The notes under the pieces: generated by a model | Told to the model about the DNA's origin: nothing | The model's input: only the letters and a program-made list of their open reading frames with translations | The model's database searches: none | NCBI RefSeq assembly: GCF_009914755.1 | Contig: NC_060929.1 | Origin: the human T2T-CHM13v2.0 reference genome, Homo sapiens | DNA: 64,000 nt | Strand: one strand, 5' to 3' | Part shown: one piece after another, positions 50,493 through 64,000 of the stretch | Layout of the letters: every line of letters starts with the position of its first letter | Numbering within the stretch: the stretch's first letter is position 1 | Program-made: the position numbers and the translations under genes

Positions 50493-51913
50493 AAAAATAG
50501 ACACAGATGAAGGGTGTCTTTGATTATGCAAATAGATTACCCATCTTGTACTCACTGTGTTTATTTCAATAAATGATCCACAGAATATGCTACTTTTGAT
50601 TTATAGTTTTCTTCTCCTTCACCGCTGTGGACTGGGAAAATATTTCTTATTATTTCTGCTGCAGAGTAGCAAAAAATTATGAGCCAGAAGGAAGACCACT
50701 ACAACAAGCAAAATCTCTGAGTAATCATAAAATGAAGAACTATTTCCTGTTGGGATTCACTGTGACGAATTTGATTTTAAATTCTTGATGTTGGCATTTT
50801 ATTTTTAAAACTTAGCTTTCTTGCCTATTCTGAAATTGTCAAAAATTCAGAAAAACAATCATGATCATTTGCTTGCTGACCAGTGGAGACCTACTGATTT
50901 TTAGGCTGTGAGACTACAGTAATAAATAAATAAAAAAGTTCATACTTCCTTCTATCGAGGGAAATTGAGCATTTTTCTCATAGTCCTAAATCACCAGATC
51001 AAGGGATATATGTAATACTTGAGTGTTGACATTTTATTAATTTTTATATTTAACTAGAGCTGTAAAGTTGAAACAAATGGGTCAATGCAGTAGCCCATAA
51101 AATATTTTAAAAACACATAAAAGAAATATCACTAAAATTTAAACATAAAAAAAATACAAAAAAACCCTGAGCTATAGGAAGGGAAGTATCCTCTAAATGC
51201 CCAAGTTGAAGGTAGTCCTCTTAGAAAGGCACAGTAAGAAGCAGTGTTTGATGGGAACGTGATTTTTCAAGTATTTGAATTTTCAAACTCACCACATTAA
51301 CTGAGTAAAATGAAAAAAATATATAAACTTCCTCTGAGGCAGAAAAAACATTTGGCATTTTCAAGATAGAATTATAATAAAAATATCTCGCCCCAATAGA
51401 ATACAAAGAAGCATCCTTAAGCAAATAGAAGGCATCTACGGAAATATCACACTGAAGTTTGAACTAATAAATTATTCATTTAAGATCCAGAAGAAGACAA
51501 AGTGTCCTCTTTCACTATTGTTCTCTCTACTGTATGGGAGGAATTAACCAGTGAGACAAATCAAATAAATAAGTAAAACATACACAGTTAAGAAATGAAA
51601 AATACAATTCTAAATTTTTAAACAACTCCATTACCTACACATAAACTTCTAGTGACTGTAAAAATCAGCTGCTGGAATAAACTAGTAATTTTAGCCACAT
51701 CATAGAAAAAATAAGTCAACCCATTAACTTATTTCTATATATTTCCAATGAGCAATTAATGATAAAAATCAAATCCATGTAAAATACTAATAAAAATAAA
51801 ATATGTATATATGATTTTAACAAATTACATGCAAGATCTCTCTAAATAGGAAACTAGCAAAAGTGTTGGGAGATGTAGGAAAGTTCTAAATAAATGGAGT
51901 CGCATACAATAAT

Positions 51914-52334
51914 TGATGGTTTTGATGTGTGTCCCTGCCCAAATCTGGTATGATGTAATCTCCAATGTTAGAGGTGAGGCCTGATGGGAGGTGATTGGAT
52001 CATGGGGTGGATTTCTCATGAGTGGTTCAGCATCATCCCTCTTGATACTGTTCTCATAATAGTGAGTGAGTGAGTTCTCATGAGATCTGGTCATTTAAAA
52101 GTGTGTAGCAGCTTCCCCTTTCACTCTCTTGCTGTTCTGGCCATGTGACGTGCCTGTCCCCCTTTGCTTTCTGCCATGATTGTGCGTTTCCTGAGTCTTC
52201 CCAGAAGCTAAGTAGATGCCAGCATCATCCTTCCTGTATAGCCTGCAGAACAGTGGGGCAATTAAACCTCTTTTCTTCATAAATTGTCGAATCTTCTGTA
52301 TTTCTCTATAGCAATGCCGGAACAAACTAATACA
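51914..52334 (+). mobile_element. MSTA-like MaLR solo LTR
   Basis: tgatggttttgatgtgtgtccc...aactaataca with a perfect 5-bp TSD ataat. Confidence 0.88.
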
Positions 52335-53461
52335 ATAATCATGGCTTGAAAGTTCAGTGAATTTTAGTGTGTAAAAGGTTTTGGTTTTTCCAAATTAATC
52401 ATTCTAGAAATCCTCACCATAATCACAAAAGATATTTTTATATAAATTGACACACTGATTTAAAAATGTACATCAAGAGAGCAAAAACAAATGATAGAAA
52501 GCTGAAAAAAAAGTTGGAATACTCACACTTCCTAACACCATGCAATAACTTAAAGCTATAGTCATCGAGAGAATGTGTTATTAGTAGATGGATAAACAAT
52601 TAGAGTAATGGAATGGAATAGAGTTCACAAATAGATCCATGCTTATATGAATAATATAATATCAAAGATACTGCAGTTATTCAAAGGGGAAAGATAATTT
52701 TATTTAACAAAGTGTGCAGAACTACGAGATAAATGTGAAGAAAACAAACCTCAAGTCCTTCCTCACAACAAAAGCGTGAATGAGTTCAAAATTAAAGGAG
52801 TCCAAAATATATTATGGAACAATGTGTAAAAGTGAAAGCATAGGCTTCAAATATAAAGCACAGAAAATGTCTTAGTAAACTACATGAAAGCACTTCTTTT
52901 TATCCAAACTGTGGATACATTTCTTTTTATTCAGAAAGCAATAATTATATAATGATAAACTACAGAAATGTGTAAATATATTTATACTTTAATGTTTATT
53001 TTTAATTACACAATTATATATACTATTTATTATGAATAAGAGCAAGAATATATAAATATAATGTACAACATAGAAACAAGAGAGCTATAAAAACTAACAG
53101 ATGCTACACAAAAATGATATAATAGCAAATAAGCAAATGAAAAATTTCTTAATATCGTTAGTAATAAAAAATAAAATGAGATAATTATACACATCTACTA
53201 GAAAAGCTACTATTTTAAAAATTGTGTTACCAATATTTGGCATAGATGTCAAGAAACCAGACTCTAGAGTTTGCATACATCGACGGTGGGAGTGTAACAC
53301 AGTACAGCTACTTTGGATAACTAAATCTACCTTACATGTACCAATTCTACCCCTAGGCATTTATCCTAGGGGGGAGAAAAGCATAAGTCTGTAAAAAGGC
53401 TTGCACAAGTACCTTTATTCATTATTGTCAAAAACAGACACCATGCAACTGTCCACCAAGA

Positions 53462-53652
53462 GCGGCGTTCTCAAGTTCAGCACTATTAGCTGTTGAAGTG
53501 GCTTAATTCTTTGTTGTGGGGAGCTATCCTTTGTGGAACCCTGGCCTGTGGACACTCTATCCCCTCCTCCACAAACCTCTGATAACCAAAAGTGTCCCCA
53601 AACATTGGAAATGTCCCCGGCAGGTAAAATGTCCCTCATTTGAGAACCTCTG
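53462..53652 (-). mobile_element. MER20 relic
   Basis: ttctcaagttcagcactatt...taattctttgttgtgggg...aaatgtcccc...ttgagaacctctg. Confidence 0.7.
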
Positions 53653-54175
53653 GTCAAGAGTTTAGTAAATAAATTATAGTGGTATGTCTATGAAATGAAA
53701 TAATACGTAACAATAAAAAAAGGTGCTACTTCAACATGCAAGAAATTGTTGAATCTCAAAAATATTATGCTTAAGGAAAAAAGACAAAAAGAATTCATAC
53801 TCTATAATTCTACTGATATATAATTGTAGAAAATAAAAGCTAATATATGGTAATAAAACCAGATTAGTACTGGATTGACAATGTGTTGAAAGTCAAAAGA
53901 AGAGGCTTGAGATCTCTTTCTAGTGTGATGGTTTTACAAGTATATACGTATGTTAATGTTTAAAAATTTCACACCTCAAAAATGTGCAGTATACCAGATG
54001 TTAATTATATCTCATAAAGCTATTAAAATTTTATCTCAAAATTATAGCTTTATTGCATTTAGGGCATTATCCAATTTTGAATCTAGTCCAGTTATCATAG
54101 CTTAATGCAGTATTATGAAAATAATGCCTATAAAGGTCCAGTTCCTCAAACACCCTTGGAACCAATTTTGTCATC

Positions 54176-54657
54176 TATATTAGTTACCTTGGGCTGCTAT
54201 AATGAAGTACCACAAGCTGTGTGTCTTTAAGCAACAGAAATTTCTTCCCTCACAGTTGCGGAGGTCAGAGGTCAGAAAACAAGGTGTCTGCAGGACCAAC
54301 CTCTCCTCTGGATGCTCTAGGTGAGAATCTTTTCCATGCCTTTCTCTTAGCTTCTGATGTTGCCATCAGAACTTCAGATGGTGTTCCTTGGCTTCTGTCA
54401 ATATTAATACATAAATCCTTTTCAGTCTCAGCTTCTCTCTTCACATGGTCCTCTCCACATCCTATCTGTTTCTGTTCCCTCTTCTTATAAAGACAACCCA
54501 TGTTATTTTAAGTCCCACCTACAGACATAATTTTAGCTTGATTACATCTGCAAAAACTTTGTGTCCAAATGAGGTTTCATTTACCTTATGTGTATAACTA
54601 GGGGTTAGGGCTTGAACATACGGGTTTGGGGAGGGGAACACAGTTCAGACCATGACA
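54176..54657 (-). mobile_element. MLT1C/B-like solo LTR
   Basis: tattagttacctt.gggctgctataa...caacagaaattt...gattacatctgcaaa...gggaacacagttcagaccatgaca. Confidence 0.78.
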
Positions 54658-57088
54658 CTCATTGTTTCACTCATTAATGAGTTAAGGGTGCTTTGATATT
54701 ATTACATTTGAATGAGAGTGGTCTTTAAAATTACATTTTGTCGTGTAGTTTGTTCCACCCTGATGCTTAAAGGGAGTCACCTGCCTCAGCCAATTAAACT
54801 GTGTTGTCTCTGCAGTGCGTTTTATCACAAGAACATGACCTTCAAGCACAAGAACACCTTGTACTCCACCACTAAAAACAGAAATGACATCTACCTTCAC
54901 TGCTTCCCTATTTCTCTCCATCTTTACTGACTTGGTATTTTGTTGTTGCTGTCATTTCTGGTTGTTGGTCAATTTTCATTTCTGTTCTTATTTTGCTGAT
55001 AATTCTTATAAATCAGTGCTGAATTTTGTCAAATTATTTTTCTGCATCTCTACAGATGATCATTTTATGTTTTCGTCCCTGTGATAATTTAGTGAATGTC
55101 ATTGATCAATTTTTAAATAATGAATATCTTTGCATTTAAGATAATATTTTTCACTATTAATGTTATCTCTGAAATGAAAGCTAAACCTAGTCAATAGATA
55201 TTAGAGGTGCATGATTTTTAAAATTGTATAAAATTAGATAAAAAATACAAAGAAATATATATAATTTTAAAACTATGTAAAAATGTAAATGCCAAATGAT
55301 AGAGCACTAAATGAAGCTTGTAATATTAAATACAATCTTTAGAAACTCTTTTGCAGTGCAGGAAAAAAATAGAACTGAAAACAAAGCAGAAGAAATCACA
55401 GATATAAAATTAAAGAGGATAGAATTAAGCACCGGAGTTCCCACATCTAAAGTGAAAATCTAAGAATTTAAATATCATTCAAATGCAGACTAAAATACAA
55501 TATAAAATAAAATTTCCTGAGCTAATTTTTAAAATACTGCTTAATTTGTAGGTAAAAATGCAGACTAATTTTCTGACTATATTACTATAAAAACCTTCTA
55601 CAAATATTTTTTAACTAAAATTATAAGAAAAACATCCGCCATAAACACGTAAGATTAGTATTTTCGTTTCTGAAGTATAAAATGTCTGGATAGACTTGAG
55701 CTTGTTGCTTTAGTTTTATATGTGAAGACTGGAAAAATTCTGTTTTGTTTTGAAAAATATTTTGAGCTAAAAATGTTGTATTCCACATTTGTTAGGAATG
55801 GAAGTCTTTAAAATATGAAATATTTCCAATTGAAGAAAAATAGTGAAAATGAACTTTATCTGAATAAGATTAATGAAAATTACATGTTGAAAAAGTAAAA
55901 TAGTTATGTGTACTAACAGTGACTACTAACCCAACAATATAAAATTAAGTAAAAATATTATTACCATGTTAAATACAAATTAAAATTAATTATAAAAAAG
56001 TTAAGATCTATGATTAAAGTATTAAAATAAAATGAGACTGTATTCACAAATCTAAAAGCAAATTGGTGAATGACATATTTTTTGAAATAATAAATTCTTT
56101 GGCATATTTTATATTTTTTATTATAAATGAAAATTATTTATTTGAAATATTTAAAGGAACAAAATATTTGCAGCTCTATTTTATTGAGAAAGGAATTACA
56201 AAACAAAAACAAGGAGCTTTTGTAATTACAAAAGAATATATTAATAATATTATTTAGAAGCACAAAACCAGAAAAGCTTTATATTATTTCTAACAATAAA
56301 TGTAAACCATCTAATTTTCTGAAAAGGGGTGGAAATAAATATTTAACAAAGAAGATGTTATTCTTAAATTGTAATATGTACATTGCCTAAAAATAAAAAG
56401 GTAGTTGAAGATATATTGTGAACAACAAAAAATGAAGAGCTGATAATATTAATGTGCGAAGGAAACTCATAACATATTGTACTAATTATAAATCAGTGTA
56501 TTGACAAAACCTGAGTCCTCAATTATTATTGACTGTTATTGACATGTTAATGATAGAATATTAAATATAGAATATAATAAAGCAATTTAGAATAAAAAAG
56601 AGAAAGCGATAGACATGAATAGAAACAAAATGCAACTGTTCAATATTAAAAGCCTTTCTAAATTGCTTGTGTTTTTCTAGTGACCTGTTTCGCTATGCAG
56701 TGTAGGCTCAGGTGTCTAGATTTTAGTTGCAGATAAACACAGGTAGTGTTTTCCAGATCTCAGAATGACCAGTTACATAAAAATAGGCCATAAACCATAT
56801 ATTTCATTCTTGCGGTTGACAAACCTCTAATTCACCTGAAAATATTAAAAAGAAAGAAGACAGACGTGACAGTGGTTGGAAGTTGAGGATAAGAAGAAGT
56901 TGGCAGAAATAAGCTTTCTTCTTTTGGACAGCAATGCATGATAAAAAAAATTAAACTAAATTCAGTTCATTTCCACTAACTGGGACTTATTTAGAATTAG
57001 AAACTTTAAGAAAGTCTGAAGAATTTCAATTGAGGAGTAAATAAGGGCCAATTTATTTCATAGTGTGGACTCTCAAGACAATATACAA

Positions 57089-57186
57089 CAGTGCTTCTCA
57101 AAGTTAAACAGTGTATGAGTGACCTGGAAATGAAGATGCAGATTTAATAGGGCTGGAGAGAAGTCTGAGATTCTCAATTTCTAATG
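57089..57186. mobile_element. MER5-like fragment
   Basis: cagtgcttctcaaa...gacctgga..atgcagatt...ctgagattctcaatttctaa. Confidence 0.5.
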
Positions 57187-58000
57187 AATTAAATTACAAA
57201 GAGGAGAAAATAAGGTTATTGCTTACTTTATATACATTCACAAACACAGGCTAATCAAATAATTGTTTAAAGTATTGCTCTGATAAGAATTAAATTACAT
57301 AGTTCATAGGAAACATTTTCTTTACATTCGGATTTTATCTATTATTAGAATAATAATAGAATCTTGACTTTATGTAACTCTATGTTCCAAACAACTAGAA
57401 ACTTTTCGATAGCAATTGTTCACCATTTAATAACATTTTTCCAAGATACCTAATGCACTCAAGGACAAAATAGCTGCCTTCCAGTGATTTCCAATTTATT
57501 CAATTTTCAGGCCATCTGTCTGCCCACACAATGACAGATTATAGTTACATTCTTGCCATGCTCTGAACAGCTAAGCCAATTGTTTTCAATCTTTTTTCTT
57601 CAGCAACTCCATCTCTTAAAGTACTTCAGAGTAGTTCCTGAAAGGATTCCTCTTTAGTTAAATGGCTATACAGCTCTCCCATCATCCAAAATAATCAGTG
57701 GAGAGATAGCAATATTTTTCATTACATTAGGCCAAGTTCCATTGCTTCCTTCATCTTGTAATCTGATCAGAAACACCACTATAGATTCAATAATTGAGTT
57801 TAGAGTTTCAGAGAATTTGGGGTCACAGAACATCTATGTCTATTTTGTAAAGATTATTGCATATTACTGAAATAGCTTGTCAAACACTGCAGTCTGCTTA
57901 AAGTATCAAAATAGAAATGTTGAATGCTGTGTCTGCACAGAGTTCATTTAAGCAAAGAATCTACTAGGCTCTTAAGTCTGTTAATGCAAATTCCTGAATA

Positions 58001-58362
58001 CAGCTGACCCTCCATACCCCCATTGTGGGTGGATTTAACTAACCATGAATCAAACATATTTGTTAAAAGAAATACCAAAAATAATTTTTAAAAAGAAATA
58101 CAACAATAAAACAATGCAAATAAAAAACAATCCTTATAACAATTATGTGCATAGCATTTATATTGTATTCAGTATTATTAATGTAAGTAATAATCTGGAA
58201 ATGATAGAAAGTATACAAGAGGGTGTGTGTAAGTTATATGCAAATACTAGGCCATTTTATATAAGAAACTTGAGCATCTCTGGCTTTTGCTATGAAGGGA
58301 TGATGGTGGTAGGATTGGTGGTGGTCCTGGAACAAATCCCCAGCAGGTACCAAGGGGGACTG
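58001..58362 (-). mobile_element. MER2 (TcMar-Tigger)
   Basis: ta-cagctgaccctcc...gttatatgcaaatacta.gccattttatataag..acttgagcatc...gtcctggaacaaatcccc...gactg-ta. Confidence 0.82.
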
Positions 58363-58718
58363 TAGACCCCAAAGCTGTTTAGGAATGGGTCACAGCAGCA
58401 GGACTGAGGCAGGAATGCTCCCCACAGAAAACATCAACCACCTGTTGATTTTTGAATCTGCTCCTCTCAGGCATGCCTTCAAATGCTATAACCTGGAGAT
58501 TCAACTCATTTTCATGCTGCTAAGTAGGAATAGGTGATTCAATTCCCCAAGAAAGTGACAGAGGTCCCTGAAATATAGATTTAAAGTTACATAGTGTCAA
58601 ATGCTAGTCATTTTCTTTTTGCTCGATGGTATCCTCTCAGAAAAACCTTTTATAATATTTCTAATTCATTTACCAGATTTATAGAATCATCAAATTGTCT
58701 ATCCATGTGTTTTTCAAA

Positions 58719-58802
58719 TATTTTGTGAAGTGTCTAGGGTAACAACCTAGTGTTCGAACGTATTTTGTGAAGTGGCTAGGGTAACAACGTAATGTTCGAA
58801 CT
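58719..58802. repeat. 42-bp imperfect tandem duplication
   Basis: tattttgtgaagtg(t/g)ctagggtaacaac(c/g)ta(g/a)tgttcgaac x2. Confidence 0.9.
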
Positions 58803-61800
58803 TATGTTCGTATTTAAATACAAATGTATTTTGGTTGAGTGATTACTCAAGGTCACTGAGGAATCCACAAGGTTAACCTCCTGACTCTAGAACCATTGTT
58901 ATATAGAGATATATAAATAGCTGATTTAATATTATAGGCTTAGCAAAATATTTAATAAATAAGGTCTTAGTAAAACAACACACATGTATTTATCCACTTA
59001 TTTAATTTTGTTTTTCCATTTCTTCTGAACATAAGTTCCTGAGGACACGGGCCTTTTTTCACAGTTCATTTTTGGATTCCAACATCTAGCCAGTACTTTG
59101 CAAAGAGCACTGAATTTGAAAGAAATTTCTCAGTTAATGATTTGAATCATATAAAATATTTAGTAAATTTGAAAACTAGTAACCGTGTAAAGCGATTAAA
59201 ACAAACATACTAGAGGGTAATAATCCCCCGCCCCTTGCCTTCTTCCTTTACATCCACTTCATTCTTATTCTTGTCTACTTCCCCTGCCCCACCCAGGAAA
59301 CGTGGTTAGCCCATCAACTGCAAAGACTGTTCTCATATAATATTGTTCTGATGGATAATGAGACTCTGAAAGTGGAACATAAACAGATAAAACAAAAACA
59401 AACAGAAAAGAACCCAAAAACCTAAACTCAACTTCAGTTAAAGCAGAAAATATCTGTCCAGCCTAAACCAGGCATACTCCACAGACTTCTGTTAGACGCC
59501 TGATCCTACTTCAGTCTGGAACCACCTAGTCTTCAGGTTTGCCTGGTGCTCACCAGCTGAAGAAATCCTTTAACGACCTTTATTCAGTCAAGTAAATCGT
59601 TTTCTTTTGGCAACTTGCATGTTATTTTTTAGGTTTTCATTTATTTATTTTTTTATATTTAAAGTCATATTTTCTTCCTTTTATTCACTTTGCTGGTCTT
59701 TCTCACTTTGACTTTTTTTTTTTTTGCCTTGTTTTGCATTTGTTTACTTTAACATTTTTTGTAACTTATCTCTTTTATTTTGGAAATTATTCACATTATC
59801 AGTTTTCTTTTGCTAGGCAATTTTGATATTCTAATAAACATTATTAACATAAAATATAAAGTTTACTAACACCAAGCCCAAACAATACAAAGTCTTAGGG
59901 CTCTTTAATTGCAATTATTTAAAAATATTTGCTACAAATTGTTCATTATTTTATATTCATGTTGTTTTTCTTATTCCCACAAATCACATATTGTTGGTGT
60001 GTTTGTTAAATAAAATTGTGACTGCTTATATATGTTTTTTCACATCCTTTCTTCTTCTAATATTTTGGAATTTACATCCAGTTAATTATCCTTTATTCTA
60101 TGGTACATACTGTAAAAGTTACTATTCTTGGTAGTAAACTCTCAGTTTTTGGATTGTCTGAAGATGTCTCTATTTTGATCTGCTCTTGAATTCTAAATCT
60201 AATTGACATAAAATTCTAGATTTGCCATTATCATTTATTAGCACTTCAAAGATATTCCACAATTTTCTGACTTTCAATATTTTTGTTGGTAAAAATGGTG
60301 ATTGTTAATTGGCTTGCATATTCTGTTTTGGATATTCCACTGTTTCCTTATAATTTGTTTATTTATAAGGAAACTTATAAACAAATTATAAGGAAACAAT
60401 AGAATATCCAAAATAAAGAGAATAGTTATGGGTTCGTATAGATAATTCTTCAGAATCTACTAATTTGTGTCTTTCTTCTTTACTTCTGTAAACTTTTCAG
60501 CTACTATATATTAGAATATTTCTTAACTTTTTTATATTCATTCTGAAATTTCTTGCTGAAATTTGTTCAAAAGGTGAGTTAACGGAGCTATACATCTTTA
60601 GTGTCATGTGCTCTAAATTGCAAAATACATGTATTTTTATTTCAGACAACTTGAGTAACATTTGTGCAAATGTTTTATATACACGGACTTAATTTGGTAA
60701 ATTTAGGCATGTGGTAGACAAATTTAAAAATGTATAAAAATCGTGGGCAAGCATATGAACATTCTATTTTTGCTACTATAAAAAATAGCAGACTATCCAA
60801 CTATTTTATGATACTCAACGATACATCTTACTAAATGGTCACGACTCTTGCCTCTCAGGGTCAGAGTTTGCAATAGTGAAAGCAAGAGAAAGCCACGGAA
60901 AAAAAAACAGGGAGAGGGAAAATATTAAGCTCTAGAATATGTACATTGTTTTGCTTGTATAAATTTAGAACATTCAACACATGTTTACAATGAATACATA
61001 TAAAATACCAATGACATGAGGAGAATTAGAATAGAAATAAATACAAGGATTCTTTCATGATAACTAAAAATATCAGTGAAGGTTTGTACATAAAATTTAG
61101 GGATTTTATATTATTACCTAATACAATTCTGGCTATAACATCACTAAAGGATTGTAAACGTCTGCTGGGAAACCTATGGGAAAAAAATGCAAGTGGAACT
61201 GGTGTCATACAAACACATTTTCTAATGGGAAGCTTAACTGGTGAAATGTAAGTTGGAAACATTACTCAATTTAGGTCTATGAAAATGTTTTCCCAAATAC
61301 AATCTTTTCTTGTTTGATAGGAGGTTTTACTGTGATGTATTATTTCTGACAGCCTCTTTTTTTTTTTTTTAAAGGAAACGAGTAGAATTAAGTGAATTGA
61401 TTATCATATCTAACCTGTAAGTACAAATTACTTTCCCTTGGAATTACATAATTGATAATTGTACATCCTCAGATGTGTTTGAATCTGAGATTTACTCTAA
61501 ACTCAGAGAAAAAAAAGTGAAATTTTGTTTCCATTGTGGCACCTTTGTTTCCTTTTTAAGTTTTCAAAATTTCTTAAAAATTATTTTTCCCTTTCATAAT
61601 TTATTCAACAAGTATCTATTGTTAGGTGTTGGGAACACAAGACCTAAAACTCCTGACAAATATATTCTATTTCTGAGGTCAATTTGTACATTAATAAATG
61701 CATATATAATACCAGACAAGATTGTAATGCTAACCAGTTTGACTTTGAGGCACGGTATTCAGAATGTAAATGCCCCTGGAAAAAACATTGAATATAAATG

Positions 61801-63924
61801 CCCCTGGAGAAAGAATGTAGTTGGAAAAAACATTCTGAGGTAAAATTATGCAATATTGGTATGACTAATTAGAGTGACCAGAGGTTCACACATTTTTGTG
61901 ACATGCCATTGGTAGAAAAAGAGCCATAGCTGAAAAAATATGGCAGTCATAAGATGTCAGTGGAAATGAAGACAAGGATACCTTTTGGTCAATTTTCTTG
62001 AAAATATTGGCTTTTTCAACAGTGTAGTTTATTTAAAATTTAGTCCCAGTTCTTAGCAATTATTTATATACTGATGGACTTATATCCAGGGTCTTCTTGA
62101 ATTAAAAAAAGTCAAAAAATAATTTTATAAATTTAAAATATTATAAAATTATGATATATACAATTCTTGCTCTCTCTGTCATATTTTTCCAATTTTTTGT
62201 CTGTCTTGTTTTTTCTTGCCTTTTCTTCCCTGTCCTTTCCCTTTCGTTTCTTTTCTTTTTGTTTCCTTTGTCTGGCCTTGCTTTGAGTTTCTTTTCCAAA
62301 CGAATTCACTGGAGGTGGTATTTTTATGCATAATATACACAGCAAATGTCTAGGGCCTCTCATTTTTTACAAATCTTTGTAAGAAAAGGCTATCTATTAA
62401 CCCAATGACATTGTCATAACCTTTTCTAAATTTCAATGATATTCAGTTTCTCGCAGCTATTACATTACAAAGTATACCTCAGTAAAAATCTAGTAAGTCA
62501 TAGGGCTGATGTTGCTGATTGCTCACTTGCTCAAGCCAGAAGCTTAGAATACATGCTTGATTCTTCACTTTCCTGTGGGTTTATGCCAAATCAATTGCAA
62601 ATCTATAGATCTTATCCTCTAAATAACATACAGCATGCCTACTTTTTTCTCTCTCTCGACTACTGTCACATTAATTCAAAAGAAAAAGACTGATGATTCC
62701 TAACTTCCTGGCTTCAGTAATTGGCAACGATGACATCACTACTAAGGCTTCACTTCTCACCTCTGCTTCCATATGAGTGTAATGTTATTTTCTCCTATGA
62801 CAGATAAGTTTATTTTTCACCATTAAAAGGTAAGAAACTCACTCATAACCAAAGTTGGAGGAGACAGTTATTTTTTTTCCCCAGCTTGCCTGTTAAAACC
62901 ATAAGGAATGATTAATCTGCCATGGTGCTTGATGTGGCCCAGGGATGTGCTCAGACTCAGTCATGTAGGGGCAGGTGGTATTAACATTAGTTCAAACATG
63001 GAACCATGGCATGTGTTAGAAATAATGGCTTATATTAGAAACCGGACATAAAATTGTCGTGAGCAAGAAAGTTACCTCAATTTGAGTCTACTAGAAGTTT
63101 CAGAGTGCCATTTCACATGGCCACAAAGTTCAAAAGTTCCAAAAGAAGCAAAAGTTTGACCAAGAAATCAGTGATTTTTTAAAAAAGAGAAATTGAGCTC
63201 AATCATGTTTTTTATATCTTCTACTGTACTAAAAGTTTTTTTCTCAATAATTGACTAAAAGTTCATTAACTACTGCACAGACTTCAATATTTAGAAATGT
63301 AATACGGGCTTGCTAACTAAAAGTGAAGTTATTTTATTGTCGGAACTAGCTATTGTTAGAAAGACTCATTTGCTTTTTATAATACAATTTTACATATGAT
63401 TTATAGATTGACAGATTATAACAATTTATAGATTATTACCTCATTAATTTATTGAATAACCTGACTAAATTACTTAGTCACTGAATTAAATACAACCCAG
63501 CCTTAATACTTTGGGTCAAGGAACATTGACCAAATATGTATTTATGCCACAGATTCCTTGAAATTTCTTACCAAAGTAAATTGTTTCATGAAAAATACAG
63601 AAATAAATTGGTAACTAAATAAAACATGTTCTATATTTCAACTTGAAAAATTAAAGAAATTAATAATTCTTAAAATCAAAGCAATGATCATTTGTTTCCT
63701 AATTATTATTATTGTGAATGTACTTAAAATTTTTGCTATGCTTTTAAGAAAGATGTACTTCTATTAAAAATTATTAAAATAAACAGCAGAGAGACTGACT
63801 TTTCAAAATAGTTTATCTGGGAAGAGCAATGAACTGCAATTTGGGATATGTGTACCGTACTGAACCATAGGCACATTTGAAAAAGCTGGGGGAGCCGAAG
63901 CTTTTTTAAGGGTAAAAGGTGAAG

Positions 63925-64000
63925 TTCCCCATCAAACTACCGTTGGCATTCTTCACAGAATTAGAAAAACCTATTTGAAATTTCATATGGAATCAAAGAA
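63925..64000 (+). mobile_element. L1 ORF2 fragment running off the window end
   Basis: ccccatcaaactacc..ggcattcttcacagaattagaaaaa...ttcatatggaatcaaa. Confidence 0.8.

Larger units (their letters stand above)
51150..54030 (+). mobile_element. Decayed L1M (ORF2 plus 3' end) interrupted by MSTA and MER20
   Basis: Remnants such as aagttggaatactcacacttcct, tggaatagagttcacaaatagatcca and gaatctcaaaaatattatgctta..gaaaaaagac; boundaries are approximate. Confidence 0.5.

Noticed and set aside
61763-61833. Imperfect repeat aaatgcccctgga x2
   Set aside because: A short degenerate local duplication with no further structure.

Overview
This is AT-rich primate (human-like) genomic DNA, intergenic or deep intronic, with no recognisable protein-coding or RNA gene. 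It is dominated by transposable elements: Alu Y/S/J, three younger L1PA insertions (two with twin-priming 5' inversions), a near full-length old L1PB-like element with nested Alu and L1 inserts, a full THE1 (MaLR) element with both LTRs, MST/MLT1 solo LTRs, a CpG-rich LTR12 (ERV9), and DNA transposon relics (MER20, Tigger2/3, MER47, MER2, MER33, MADE1). The long ORFs are L1 ORF2 remnants or repeat artefacts. I found no evidence of a new multi-gene system. The two most notable signals are (1) independent L1 insertions sharing tracts of non-consensus variants, which suggests local inter-L1 gene conversion, and (2) an LTR12 with retained CpGs, an expanded G-run and a 28-bp tandem duplication giving paired CCGGAAGT (ETS) motifs. 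Family and subfamily calls come from remembered consensus sequences, not from a database search.
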